Shown here: one piece after another, positions 1-10,700 of the stretch
Layout: each line of letters opens with the position of its first letter
Position numbering within the stretch: the stretch's first letter is position 1
Assembly: GCA_015056885.1 (NCBI GenBank)
Contig: SVFL01000010.1
Span: 6,606 to 70,605 of the forward strand
Source of the DNA: Lachnospiraceae bacterium
GTDB taxonomy: Bacteria > Bacillota > Clostridia > Lachnospirales > Lachnospiraceae
Length of the DNA stretch: 64,000 nt
Direction: 5' to 3'
The notes under the pieces: model-generated
Seen by the model: the letters and a program-made list of their open reading frames with translations, nothing else
Told to the model about the DNA's origin: nothing
The model's database searches: none
Position numbers and translations under genes: made by a program

Positions 1-801
1 AAGCTTATAATCTACAAGCACATACAATCTTACTACAGGTTCCGTATAAACGCCTCCTGCTTCGACCCCTGCTAATCCCGCATACTTTGCCTTGTAATGT
101 GTAATCACACCATTGACATTACCCGCGGTCATTCCTGAACCCGAAATCGTTTCCCGATATTCGTCCAAAGAATATATCACTTTGTCTGCATTGCCAAGCA
201 TATAAACCTTACTGCTATCAGCAACACAACCGGCCATAGTACATCCGATATAATCATAAAAGCCACCGGTCAGCACATCAAAGAACTCCGCATTATAATT
301 TGCATCATACATCTTGCCATTTGGCTTTACATGCACTTCTAACTCTCTCTCAACCGTTTTGCCCGGCTTGCTCAAAGCATCCTGCATCCATCCCGGTGCA
401 TCCATAAACTTTGTTCCGCTTTCCTTCATTGCAGTTATCATGGAATTATAGAACGCATCCGAATAATCCACCGTCTTAATTTTTACTTTTACACGATCTT
501 TATCTGTTCCCTGACCTACAACGGTAATCTCTGCATTTTGGGTAAGCTCGTATACTTTCGCATAAATTTCCTGCATTTCTCCGGCCCCGGAACCATCTAC
601 CGCCTTCATCAAATAATGCATTCTGTCATCTTCTTCAAAATATGACGCAAATTCCTTCACATCTGCGGACGTATACGCATCCAACATTTTCTGCACACAA
701 TCTGTAGGATCCGAACCAAACAGACCACAACCGGCCAGCACAAACACAATTGACATAACTGCTACTGTAATGAATAACTTCTTTAAAGACTTCACATTCA
801 T
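1..801 (-). CDS. Lipoprotein (3'-truncated by window edge), paralogue of 829..1806
   Basis: Not in the ORF track. Manual translation from ATG 801: MNVKSLKKLFITVAVMSIVFVLAGCGLFGSDPTDCVQKMLDAY...FEEDDRMHYLM...KVYELTQNAEITVVG...KIKTVDYSDA...GGFYDYIG. LAGC lipobox; these blocks match the neighbouring gene; frame open to base 1. Confidence 0.85.
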   Translation of the reverse strand, partial: MNVKSLKKLFITVAVMSIVFVLAGCGLFGSDPTDCVQKMLDAYTSADVKEFASYFEEDDRMHYLMKAVDGSGAGEMQEIYAKVYELTQNAEITVVGQGTDKDRVKVKIKTVDYSDAFYNSMITAMKESGTKFMDAPGWMQDALSKPGKTVERELEVHVKPNGKMYDANYNAEFFDVLTGGFYDYIGCTMAGCVADSSKVYMLGNADKVIYSLDEYRETISGSGMTAGNVNGVITHYKAKYAGLAGVEAGGVYTEPVVRLYVLVDYKL

Positions 802-828
802 CCCCTCAACCTCTATTGCTTACATTTT

Positions 829-1806
829 TTAATTCTCAGTTTTAGTCAGTACACCGGAACCAAAGTCGGTAGTCTCGCAAGTCATACCATCTGCCTCAAA
901 TCCCTTAATGGTAGAATTCAAGCTAATGTAATCATATGAACCACCGGAAACAATTCCCAGTCTCTGCAAAGTAAAAGCACTTGCTGCCTCATAATTCACA
1001 ATCTGATACAGAGTAACCACTTCATCTTCACAATAACCGCCTGCTGCCACTCCATCAAGATCTTTATATTCAAACATAAACTCTGCAATATATGCATCAA
1101 TATCTGCATCTGTCAACCCGTAGCCGGCTACAGATTCACTGAATTCATCATAAGAGATGATAATCTCATCCTTGCTGGCCATCAGGTAAGAGCAGCCCTC
1201 CTCTGCGGTGCAGGTAGTCATTGTATATGCAATATAATCGTAAAAACCGCCAAATAAGGTTTCATAGAGTTCCTCATTATGCGTCTTTGTATACAATCCA
1301 CCGTTAGTATCGATGCGCACATCAAATTCCTTCTCTACAGATACTCCACCGGTGTTTAATGCCTCCATCATCCAGCCGGGCATATCTGCAAAAGCTTCTC
1401 CACCTTCCTCCATGGCAGCAGTCATCGCCTCCTGCAACGCCTCTGAGAAATCAACCGTCTTTATCTTGATGGTAATATACTCATCACTAATACTTTGCTG
1501 CTCCTCGCTGACACCTACGATTGTAATCTCAGCCGCCTTAGTCAGCTCATAAACCTTCTGATATACTCCCTTCATACCGGTAGAATCTGTATCCCCCACG
1601 GCATCCAGCATATAATGGATTTTATCATCGTCTTCAAAACCGGCTTTAAAGGTCTCCATATCACCGTTTTTGTATGCATCCACCAGTTTCTGCAAATGAT
1701 CTGTTGTGGTAGCTGTCAAGTTTTCCATCATAGCCCCACAACCTGTCATCACAAATACCATTGCCATAATTAATACCATTGATACTACTTTTCTTAAGTA
1801 CTTCAT
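829..1806 (-). CDS. Uncharacterised lipoprotein; C-terminal half resembles YehR/DUF1307-type lipoproteins
   Basis: Basic N-terminus, hydrophobic stretch, MTGC lipobox; AAGGAG RBS. Domain call is from resemblance only. Confidence 0.75.
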   Translation of the reverse strand: MKYLRKVVSMVLIMAMVFVMTGCGAMMENLTATTTDHLQKLVDAYKNGDMETFKAGFEDDDKIHYMLDAVGDTDSTGMKGVYQKVYELTKAAEITIVGVSEEQQSISDEYITIKIKTVDFSEALQEAMTAAMEEGGEAFADMPGWMMEALNTGGVSVEKEFDVRIDTNGGLYTKTHNEELYETLFGGFYDYIAYTMTTCTAEEGCSYLMASKDEIIISYDEFSESVAGYGLTDADIDAYIAEFMFEYKDLDGVAAGGYCEDEVVTLYQIVNYEAASAFTLQRLGIVSGGSYDYISLNSTIKGFEADGMTCETTDFGSGVLTKTEN

Positions 1807-1968
1807 GATCTGATATTCTCCTTTTTGTAAAATAGATATTTTATTTACATTAATCTTAGTATCATTTTATGTCAAGTACAAAATATTATTTGGACGTTTC
1901 TTGCTTTTAACCGACAAAGGAGTATAATTAAAGTGGTGTTTTGTACAATTCGATAAAGGAGGTTTTCT

Positions 1969-3282
1969 ATGCAATCCAGTCGCAGAGGTAAAATTTCACA
2001 TACCCTTCAACCCATCAGTATTATTCCACTGCTGATTTTAGGTTGTCTGATTGTAGTTTTAGGCAGTCATACTTTCACTCAGGCCATGTATGATGAAGTC
2101 GAACTGGAACTGCAATATGTAGCATCCAATACAATCACACTCCTCGATACAGTCTATCCCGGCGACTATGAACTGCGCGGAGACCAGGCGTTACGTCTGT
2201 ACAAAGGCGAAACAGATATTACATACGACTATTCTCTGATTGACCGCATACACGATAATACCGGATTGGATGTGACTTTGTTTTATCAGGACACACGCAT
2301 CCTGACCACCATAAGAAGCTCCGATAATCAGCGTTTCATCGGAACACGTGCTGCAGAAACCATACTAAATGATGTTCTGTATACCGGAAACGCACAATTC
2401 TACAACAATGCTCTTGTTAATACTCAGACCTATTTTTCTTACTATGTTCCATTAACGAATTCTGATGGCAGCAATGTAGGAATGCTCTTTATCGAAAAGC
2501 CCCGTGCAGAAGTGGACCAGACTGTTCAAAGTTGTCTGTATCCCCTGTTGCTTGCCATATGCATTACGATTGTTATTATGTTGTTTGGTATATCTCGCTA
2601 TACCAAAAATCTGGTTAATGTTTTGGTTAAAATACGTAACTACGTATCTGCCGTATCCGCTGGCAATCTGGATGCCGCTCTCCCGGAAAGCGTATTGAAA
2701 CGCAATGATGAACTGGGTGAAATCGGATTGTCCATACAATCCATGCACCGTTCTCTACGTACCATGGTAGACCAGGACGGACTGACCGGTCTGTATAACC
2801 GCCGCTGCGCCAACCGGAAATTAGAGCTGGCTCTTCAAAAATCAGCCCAGAGCAATACCCCTTTATGCGTGGCTCTCGCTGACATTGATTTTTTCAAGAA
2901 AATAAACGATACCTACGGCCATGCATGCGGTGACGTTGTACTCAAACAAGTTGCACTGACTTTGAAATCTCACCTCAGGAAATATGGTTTTGTGGCCCGA
3001 TGGGGCGGCGAAGAATTCCTCATGGTACTGGAACAGTCCGATTTGCCTGAAAGCGAACAAGTATTGGAAAATTTACGTAACGCCATCGCCAACCTGGCTA
3101 TTCCCTTTGAAGGTCAGACCATCCATGTAACCATAACCATCGGTGTGACAGAAAACGACGGTTCCGGCCCGGACAATCTCCTATGCATAGCAGACAGTTT
3201 GCTTTATGAAGGCAAGACTGCAGGAAGAAACCGTGTCGTTGTGAATAAAGTCACAGATATAGCCGAAAATCTTACAGAGTAA
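1969..3282 (+). CDS. Membrane diguanylate cyclase (Cache sensor, HAMP, GGDEF)
   Basis: Two TM segments around a Cache-like domain (DVTLFYQDTRILTT), HAMP (RNDELGEI), DGLTGLYNRR, DIDFFKKINDTYGH, RWGGEEF; AAGGAGG RBS. Confidence 0.92.
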   Translation: MQSSRRGKISHTLQPISIIPLLILGCLIVVLGSHTFTQAMYDEVELELQYVASNTITLLDTVYPGDYELRGDQALRLYKGETDITYDYSLIDRIHDNTGLDVTLFYQDTRILTTIRSSDNQRFIGTRAAETILNDVLYTGNAQFYNNALVNTQTYFSYYVPLTNSDGSNVGMLFIEKPRAEVDQTVQSCLYPLLLAICITIVIMLFGISRYTKNLVNVLVKIRNYVSAVSAGNLDAALPESVLKRNDELGEIGLSIQSMHRSLRTMVDQDGLTGLYNRRCANRKLELALQKSAQSNTPLCVALADIDFFKKINDTYGHACGDVVLKQVALTLKSHLRKYGFVARWGGEEFLMVLEQSDLPESEQVLENLRNAIANLAIPFEGQTIHVTITIGVTENDGSGPDNLLCIADSLLYEGKTAGRNRVVVNKVTDIAENLTE

Positions 3283-3375
3283 AATACACTTGTATTTTCA
3301 CCTGTTTTAGTATAATATTACATTTAAATTTACAGCTGTCTTGTCAGAAACAGGAACAGCAGAAACGAGGGACAA

Positions 3376-4830
3376 ATGGACAGACAAAATCTTACCCTGT
3401 TGACCGACCTCTATGAGCTCACCATGATGCAGGGCTACTTCAAGAACAAGGACCAAAACGAAACCGTTATTTTTGATGCTTTTTATCGCAGCAATCCCTG
3501 TGATGGCGGATATGCCATTTGCGCAGGCTTAGAGCAAGTTATTCAGTATATCAAAGAGCTTCACTTTAGCAAGGAAGACATTGATTATCTGGCTTCTCTT
3601 GGTATTTTTGAACAGGACTTTTTAGATTATCTGAAGGATTTTAAATTCTCCGGTGACATCTATGCCATTCCGGAAGGAACAGTCATGTTCCCCCGAGAGC
3701 CCATGATTAAAGTAATCGCTCCCATCATGGAGGCACAGCTGGTCGAAACTGCTATTTTGAATATTATCAATCACCAGAGTCTGATTGCAACCAAGGCCTC
3801 CAGAGTCTGCTTTGCAGCTCGCGGTGACGGAATTATGGAATTTGGTCTTCGTCGTGCGCAGGGCCCCGATGCCGGCACTTACGGCGCAAGAGCTGCAATG
3901 ATTGGCGGATGCGTAGGCACCAGTAATGTATTGGCCGGACAATTATTTGATGTGCCTGTAAAGGGAACCCATGCTCACAGCTGGATTATGAGTTTCCCTG
4001 ATGAGTATACTGCATTCAAAACCTACGCAGATATGTACCCCTCTGCTTGTATTCTTTTGGTAGACACCTACGACACCTTAAAATCCGGTGTCCCTAACGC
4101 CATCAGAGTATTTACCGAAATGCGCGAAGCCGGAATTCCTCTTAGCTTCTATGGAATTCGTCTGGACAGCGGCGACCTTGCCTATCTGTCCAAAAAAGCT
4201 CGCAAAATGCTGGACGCTGCCGGATTTACCGACGCAGTCATCTCTGCTTCCAATGATTTGGACGAGTACTTAATCGACAGCTTGAAGGTACAGGGTGCAA
4301 CCATCACCTCCTGGGGCGTAGGTACCAACCTGATTACTGCCAAGGACAACCCTTCCTTCGGAGGCGTTTATAAGCTGGCTGCTATTCAGGACAAGAATGG
4401 TAACTTCATCCCCAAGATTAAGCTCTCCGAAAACAGCGAAAAGGTTACCAACCCCGGCAACAAAATTATTTATAGAATTTATGAAAAAGAATCCGGAAAG
4501 TTGAAGGCCGATTTGATTTGTCTTGCTGATGAGGTATACAACGAAACGGATGACTTGCTCCTCTTCGACCCTCAGGAGCCTTGGAAAAAGACCAAATTAA
4601 AGGGCGGCACTTATACCATGCGCCCCCTTATGAAGCATATTTTCAAAAAAGGTGAATGCATCTACACCTCCCCGAAGGTCATGGATATCCGCGCATACTG
4701 TCAGGATGAATTAAACACCCTCTGGGATGAGACCCGACGTCTCGTAAACCCTCACAAGGTATATGTAGACCTCTCCAAAAAGCTTTATGATGTAAAACTG
4801 GAACTTCTCGACCAAATGGGTGAGAAATAG
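3376..4830 (+). CDS. pncB: Nicotinate phosphoribosyltransferase
   Basis: LLTDLYELTM, EFGLRRAQG, GTHAHSW, LVDTYD, GIRLDSGDL motifs. Confidence 0.97.
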   Translation: MDRQNLTLLTDLYELTMMQGYFKNKDQNETVIFDAFYRSNPCDGGYAICAGLEQVIQYIKELHFSKEDIDYLASLGIFEQDFLDYLKDFKFSGDIYAIPEGTVMFPREPMIKVIAPIMEAQLVETAILNIINHQSLIATKASRVCFAARGDGIMEFGLRRAQGPDAGTYGARAAMIGGCVGTSNVLAGQLFDVPVKGTHAHSWIMSFPDEYTAFKTYADMYPSACILLVDTYDTLKSGVPNAIRVFTEMREAGIPLSFYGIRLDSGDLAYLSKKARKMLDAAGFTDAVISASNDLDEYLIDSLKVQGATITSWGVGTNLITAKDNPSFGGVYKLAAIQDKNGNFIPKIKLSENSEKVTNPGNKIIYRIYEKESGKLKADLICLADEVYNETDDLLLFDPQEPWKKTKLKGGTYTMRPLMKHIFKKGECIYTSPKVMDIRAYCQDELNTLWDETRRLVNPHKVYVDLSKKLYDVKLELLDQMGEK

Positions 4831-4861
4831 TTGCACACTTAAAATAATAACATTTTGCGAA

Positions 4862-4915
4862 ATCAAAACAGCTCATGACAAAGTCTGCAAAGACCTTGCC
4901 ATGAGCTGTTTTGAT
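4862..4915. terminator. Long hairpin, probable bidirectional terminator between convergent pncB and spoVT
   Basis: ATCAAAACAGCTCATG ... CATGAGCTGTTTTGAT inverted repeat. Confidence 0.75.
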
Positions 4916-4925
4916 CCTATACCCT

Positions 4926-5471
4926 TTACTGCTCCATCTGACGGCCAAGAAAACCCGCTGCAGAAAGGATCAGCTTCTGCTCCACTTCACCCATTCTTCC
5001 ACGATTATCATTATCCAGAAGCACTACACTTCCTATGATGTCGCCCTCACAAATAATGGGAGCCACTGCCTGATGCATATAGTCATTCTCTCCATCATCG
5101 CAAACCGGAATAAAATTCCTGTCACCTCTTGCCGCCAGAAAAGTCTCTCGCTTGTTCACTTTTTCCTCCAACTGACGACTTACAGATTTGTTCACAAGCT
5201 GCTTATAACCACCTGCTGCCGCAATAAACTGGTCTCTGTCTGCAATCACTGCCGCATGACCGGATACCTGTGCCAAACTTTCCGCATACTGCCTTGCAAA
5301 TGTAGTCATCTCACCGATGGGTGAGTATTTCTTCAAAATAATCTGCCCCTCTCTGTCTGTATATATTTCAAGTGGATCAGACTCGCGAATGTGAAGGGTT
5401 CTGCGAATTTCCTTGGGAATTACAATACGACCTAAATCATCTATACGACGAACGATACCTGTTGCTTTCAT
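4926..5471 (-). CDS. spoVT: Stage V sporulation protein T (AbrB-like domain plus GAF)
   Basis: MKATGIVRRIDDLGRIVIPKEIRRTL...FLGRQME; start moved to ATG 5471 behind a GGAGG RBS. Confidence 0.96.
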   Translation of the reverse strand: MKATGIVRRIDDLGRIVIPKEIRRTLHIRESDPLEIYTDREGQIILKKYSPIGEMTTFARQYAESLAQVSGHAAVIADRDQFIAAAGGYKQLVNKSVSRQLEEKVNKRETFLAARGDRNFIPVCDDGENDYMHQAVAPIICEGDIIGSVVLLDNDNRGRMGEVEQKLILSAAGFLGRQMEQ

Positions 5472-5533
5472 AAAGCCTCCTATTCTAACGGAGGATAAAA
5501 AAACCTCCATTTACAAATTCTAGCGTTTGAAAC

Positions 5534-5562
5534 TAGTATCTGTAAACGGAGGTATTTTATAC
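5534..5562 (-). promoter_or_regulatory. Putative sigma-G-type promoter for spoVT
   Basis: GTATA-N17-GATACTA on the minus strand, close to the forespore sigma-G consensus; spoVT is sigma-G dependent in B. subtilis. Confidence 0.45.
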
Positions 5563-5570
5563 CTAATTAT

Positions 5571-6122
5571 TTACTCAAAAACAGAAATTTCGAATTCGTC
5601 TCTTCCGGTATAATTATAATTGTTTTCATGGCTTGCGTAAGCAACACAAATCATATATTCATCCTGCTGTCTTAAATAATAATTGTAGTGTGCTCCGCCA
5701 AGCAACACAGTCAGTCTTTTATACTCAGACCATCCAAGCCAAATGGACTCTACTGATGTCTCCACCTGTGGATTTGCCCGCTCGTTTTGATTTTTCAGCC
5801 CTTCAATATATTCATCCACTGTCTTATTACATCCATGCACTATCTTCATGTTATCGAACTGTACCACAATAGAAATGTTGTATTCTGCATTATACATAGC
5901 GAAATCACGATTTCTTCCCATAAAGACCTTTTCCATTTCTTCATAGGTAAGAATGCCATCTGCCAGCTCGGAGCCAACTTCTGTCACCGGCATACCTCCG
6001 TTTTTCAACTGATCATAATTGGTACGGTCATCTAAGATACCCTCTTCCATTACAGGAAAAGCAATCTTAAAAAATTCATTACGATAAATACCGTCCTTGA
6101 CAACGCCTCTTTGTGGTTTCAT
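5571..6122 (-). CDS. Hypothetical protein
   Basis: 183-aa ORF with GGAGGA RBS and a TTGACT-N18-TACTAT promoter-like sequence upstream; no recognised motif. Confidence 0.7.
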   Translation of the reverse strand: MKPQRGVVKDGIYRNEFFKIAFPVMEEGILDDRTNYDQLKNGGMPVTEVGSELADGILTYEEMEKVFMGRNRDFAMYNAEYNISIVVQFDNMKIVHGCNKTVDEYIEGLKNQNERANPQVETSVESIWLGWSEYKRLTVLLGGAHYNYYLRQQDEYMICVAYASHENNYNYTGRDEFEISVFE

Positions 6123-6489
6123 ATCATCTTCCTCCGTTCATTATGCAGATACTTATTCTGTAGATACTTGTCCACTCTACAACCAATACTCCCGATTTCC
6201 GTATCTTGAAATTCCTATTTATCCTTACCTCTATAGTAAATAATAATATAGTGAAAAAGTCAATTAAAATTTACCGCTTTATTCAGCATCCGTTCTATTC
6301 CGGTATTTATATAACATCACCACCCTTTCATCCATATTGTTTCTCCTTTTCTGCGTAATCATCTCAATGGATTATACATAACTTACCTTCTATTTGTTTG
6401 AATAATATTTTGGATATGTTTCTAAAATATTAAAAAACCTGTACAAGAAATATACTAACATTCCTCATACAGGTTTTCCCTATCATCTA

Positions 6490-7563
6490 TCAGGTAGCTT
6501 CATAAAGAACCACTTTGTTTCTACCGCTACCTTTTGCTTTGTACAAAGCATCATCTGCATTCTTTATTGCAATATGATAATCTCCACCCTTGTAAGGCGC
6601 AACACCTACAGAAATTGTCACCTTGCAGATTCCATTATCGCTTAATTCCACCTTTTCTCTTATTTTCTCTGCCACTCGAAACGCCTGTTCCTCTGTACAA
6701 CCCGGCATTATAATCAAAAATTCTTCGCCGCCCCATCGAATAACATAATCCGTTCCGCGTACAATATTTTTCAAAATCCGCGTCAGATATATCAACACCT
6801 TATCACCTGCTTCATGGCCATAAGTGTCATTTACCTTCTTGAAGAAATCAATATCGATCAACAACATACTTACATCCACTCCGGCAAAACGTATTAATTC
6901 ACCGGTATTACCATCACTAAGTCCCTTCAAAATATTACGATTATGAACTTCCGTTAGCTGATCATGTACAATTAGATTTTCAAGCTTGTTTTTCGTAAGA
7001 TACTGCTCCAAATATACCCCCTGCATCATGTGATGCATGGCTCCAACAGCAACTATACAAGGTATGTTAAACATATACATCATCTGAAGTTCATCATATT
7101 GAATGAATATATTCGCCACCGCAATATCCACTATCAAAAAAATGTGTGCTATCATACTATAGCTAAACGGTGCTGCAAAACCGGCACATACAAATATAAG
7201 ATTCATAATAATCATTCCGGCTATTGCAAACTGCCTGTCGGGCAACAAATAAGTCGCCCAATCTGTGCACCATATTATGATATGTATCATCAGATAAGAA
7301 CAGGTTACCATTATCCTGTAATCCTTTGTTCTCCGAGTCAAAAATAAGTATCCCAAAAAGGGAATAATCACAATTGTACGAGACAACAACGTCTCATAGG
7401 CAAATCTCCCGAATATACCACAATCGGTGAAGAAAAATGTGAGATATGCCAAAACCGACACTACAACCATACGGGTATTAAAAGAACTATAGTAATCGTA
7501 TTTGGATTGATAAAATTCTCTTCTTTCTTCCTTAGACAGCCTTGCTAGTCTAAACTTCTCCAT
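6490..7563 (-). CDS. Multi-TM diguanylate cyclase (GGDEF)
   Basis: About six TM helices, then DQLTEVHNR, DIDFFKKVNDTYGH, RGTD I-site, RWGGEEF. Confidence 0.92.
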   Translation of the reverse strand: MEKFRLARLSKEERREFYQSKYDYYSSFNTRMVVVSVLAYLTFFFTDCGIFGRFAYETLLSRTIVIIPFLGYLFLTRRTKDYRIMVTCSYLMIHIIIWCTDWATYLLPDRQFAIAGMIIMNLIFVCAGFAAPFSYSMIAHIFLIVDIAVANIFIQYDELQMMYMFNIPCIVAVGAMHHMMQGVYLEQYLTKNKLENLIVHDQLTEVHNRNILKGLSDGNTGELIRFAGVDVSMLLIDIDFFKKVNDTYGHEAGDKVLIYLTRILKNIVRGTDYVIRWGGEEFLIIMPGCTEEQAFRVAEKIREKVELSDNGICKVTISVGVAPYKGGDYHIAIKNADDALYKAKGSGRNKVVLYEAT

Positions 7564-7648
7564 CTTGTAATTCCCCCTGTAAATTTTATATCCTCATTAT
7601 ACTATATTTCTCTCTAATATCCAATTTTTTCTACAAAATTAAACAAAT

Positions 7649-7679
7649 AGGTCGCAGCCCCTTTTGAGTACTGCGACCT
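7649..7679 (-). terminator. Rho-independent terminator after the large surface-protein gene
   Basis: AGGTCGCAG...CTGCGACCT stem followed by ATTTGTTT on the minus strand. Confidence 0.7.
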
Positions 7680-7709
7680 GTCGTATCTTGCTATAAACTT
7701 ATTTCATTT

Positions 7710-10700
7710 TTAGTTAAGAACCTTAACCTTCATGGTGAACTGAGGACCTGCAGTATTTGCCATCTGTCCAATGGTTTTCACTTCCATGGTAACTGTATAA
7801 GTTGTGTTAGGTCTCAAAAGGTCCGGTCTCAACAACGTAATCTTAGCCTTCTGGGTCTCAGGATCAAATGTTACCTTGAATGCCTTCTTGATATTATCAG
7901 GTGTATTCTTTGCCAAACCAACACTTGCTATCTCAGCATCCTTCTGGGTGGTCTTGGTAATCAATACCTCCTGAGAACGCTTGGGATGATTCATCGCTAC
8001 ACCGGCATACAAAGTTGCTTCACTTACATCCGTCTTAATCTTAGGCAATACCTGCTTGGGTGTAATCTTCAAGTCACTGGTCCAAAGCGGCTCATCTCCT
8101 ACTCCGGAACCTGCAATAACCGCACCGATACGCAACTTATAAGTCTTCTTGGCATCCAGTGTTACGGTATCCTTTGCCAGAATCTCAACACTTTCAATAC
8201 CGCCCCTATCATTGAGAACAATATCGCCCACCTTAAAATGTACCAACTCATCATAAGGCTTGTTCAAACCACTGGTAGTATTCAGTTCCTTAATTACCAG
8301 AGATTCAATATTTGCACTGACGTTCTTTGTAACCAGCTTGTAAACGATACCGGAATTGCTATTGCCCGGATTCATGGAACCACTTGCCTTAACAGTCAGC
8401 TTGGGATTGGTCTTGATAATCTTCACACCAATCACAAAAGGCTGAATCTCTACTTCTGCACCTTCAACCAGCATTTTTAAACCAGATACGGTGTACTTAT
8501 ACGTACCTGTCGATCTCACTGTATCCGTCTGACTCACATTAATCGCACACTCATTAGAATCAAACGAGAATACCAAATCGGAAAGAACATTGTCTGCCGC
8601 TGCATTCTTACCTTCAATCACAACATCTTTATCCAAAATATGGATATCTCCACCTGACGGGAAATTCTTGATGGTGTAAGTTGTTCTAACACTTTCTCTG
8701 CCTGCATAATTGTTATTCAAAGAAACAGTTGCAGGTTTTAACTTGGCTGTCAGCTTACTGTCTACTACCTTTACCGTAACTGCAAAAGCTTTCGCATCCT
8801 CTGATTTGCCGTTGCTATAAGCAATTTCGGGAGTTATCTTAAACTTGTAGCTGCCCTTTGCAATTGTTTCATCCGCATATGCATATAACTTACCATCAGA
8901 GTAAGCAAACTGGATTTTGTCCGCATCCGACGCCAAAGCTGCCTTTCCTGCAAACATAATATCTGACATACCAACCAGCTCTGCATCATCCTGATTTATA
9001 GTAAGCTTTGTGGATGCTTCCTGACCAACGCAAAGATTATTCAAAGTCATGGTAGCAGGCTTCGCCTTTACTGTCGGCGCCTTAGAAGTAACATTCAGAT
9101 TGAATGTAAACTTCATAGGTTCACTCCAGCTATCCATCTCAACATTGATAACCGCTTTACCCTTCTGTGCATTCTTAATCTGAAGGGTGATGGTATCAGA
9201 TGCCTTTGCTGCCTCTGTATTCAATTCCTCAAACAAACCGGTTGTTGTTCCGGAGGAGGACTCATCAAAGCTTAATGCACTTAGATTTGCAAGAGATAAT
9301 GCCTTCTTACTCTTTTTCTCAAGCAACTGTATTTTCAGTCCATAACCATCACTATAAGCATTAACCGTTGCCTTTGTCTTAGAAAGCACATACGCAGGCT
9401 TGGTATTCTTTGTGGGAATGGTAATCTTTGCATAACAGGGCTCATATCCGTCATAAGTAATCTTTATATAACCGGAAACGATTGCCTTTCCCTTTTCGTC
9501 CTTCATCAAATCATTCTCGGTACGGCTGATTACACCTGCAGCAGTCACCTTAAAGTTATTGGCAAAAGAATCCACCTCTTCAGAGCCTTCTTCTTTATAA
9601 TTTGCCGCAGATACCAGCTCATACTTTACAACCTTCAAATCCTTTAAGCTCTGGGTAATAACAACCTCTCCGCACTCTTCAACACTTGCTCTGCCATTAA
9701 AGAACAGATTCAGCTTACCCTTCAACTTAACGGAAGGTTTCAATTCCTTCTGAGTCAGCACTAAATTCTTAATCGGTGTACGGAATACCTCTGTAACCTT
9801 TCCATAGCCCGTGTTGTAAGTATATTCACCCTGAATATACATGTTTTTGTAGCTGATATCACCACTTTTCTTCTTTACGGCAGCCTTACCTTCTTCGGTA
9901 AGGGTCATATAGAACGCACCATTTGCATAATTAACCGCAACATAACTGTTGGGCTCATACTCGGTGATAGTACCTTCTTTTACTTCTTTTACCACTTCCA
10001 GGCCGGTTGTTTCTACCTCATAACCATACACGGATAACAAATCAAACTTTGTTCCTGTAGTGCACTGGGTATTCAGTGTCAGTGTATTCTGCATCAACCT
10101 GGGAGTTACATCGATTACACGGATGATAAAACTCTGTTTATCATACTCCACTTTATTTTTACCGGTCTGACCATTGGTTGTTGTCACGGTAATAGCAGTC
10201 TCACCGGTCACACCCTTATTCACCAAAATCTTATTGGTATTATCAATAGAGCTCTCTGCCTCCGGATACGCAATGTCCTCATTGGCAGTCTTCCAATCGG
10301 AGTTTACAAACAAGCTGGTCTCATCTTCTCCGGAAGTTGCATTTACAGTTACTTTGAAATCCTTGCCTGACTTTGCCAGATTGCTCTTCGTATACTGAAT
10401 GACTGAAAAATCTTCTCCATCAATTGTCTCGTTATACTGTCTGGCCTTACCCAAATCAGAAAACTTCAATTTCACCTTATCAATACTTGCATTTGCGTTG
10501 ACTGTTACCTTGAAGGAAACTTTCTTGGTAGAATCACTCTTCAATGTAGCGGTAATGGTTGTCGTACCCTTACCACGTGCATAAATCACACCGTCTGTTC
10601 CAATCACTGCAACCTTGGCATCTTTGCTGGCATAGTCAAACATCCAGCTTCCGGGATTGCTCTTGGCACCCTTTACTACCAATTTCGCAGAAAGACCTGC

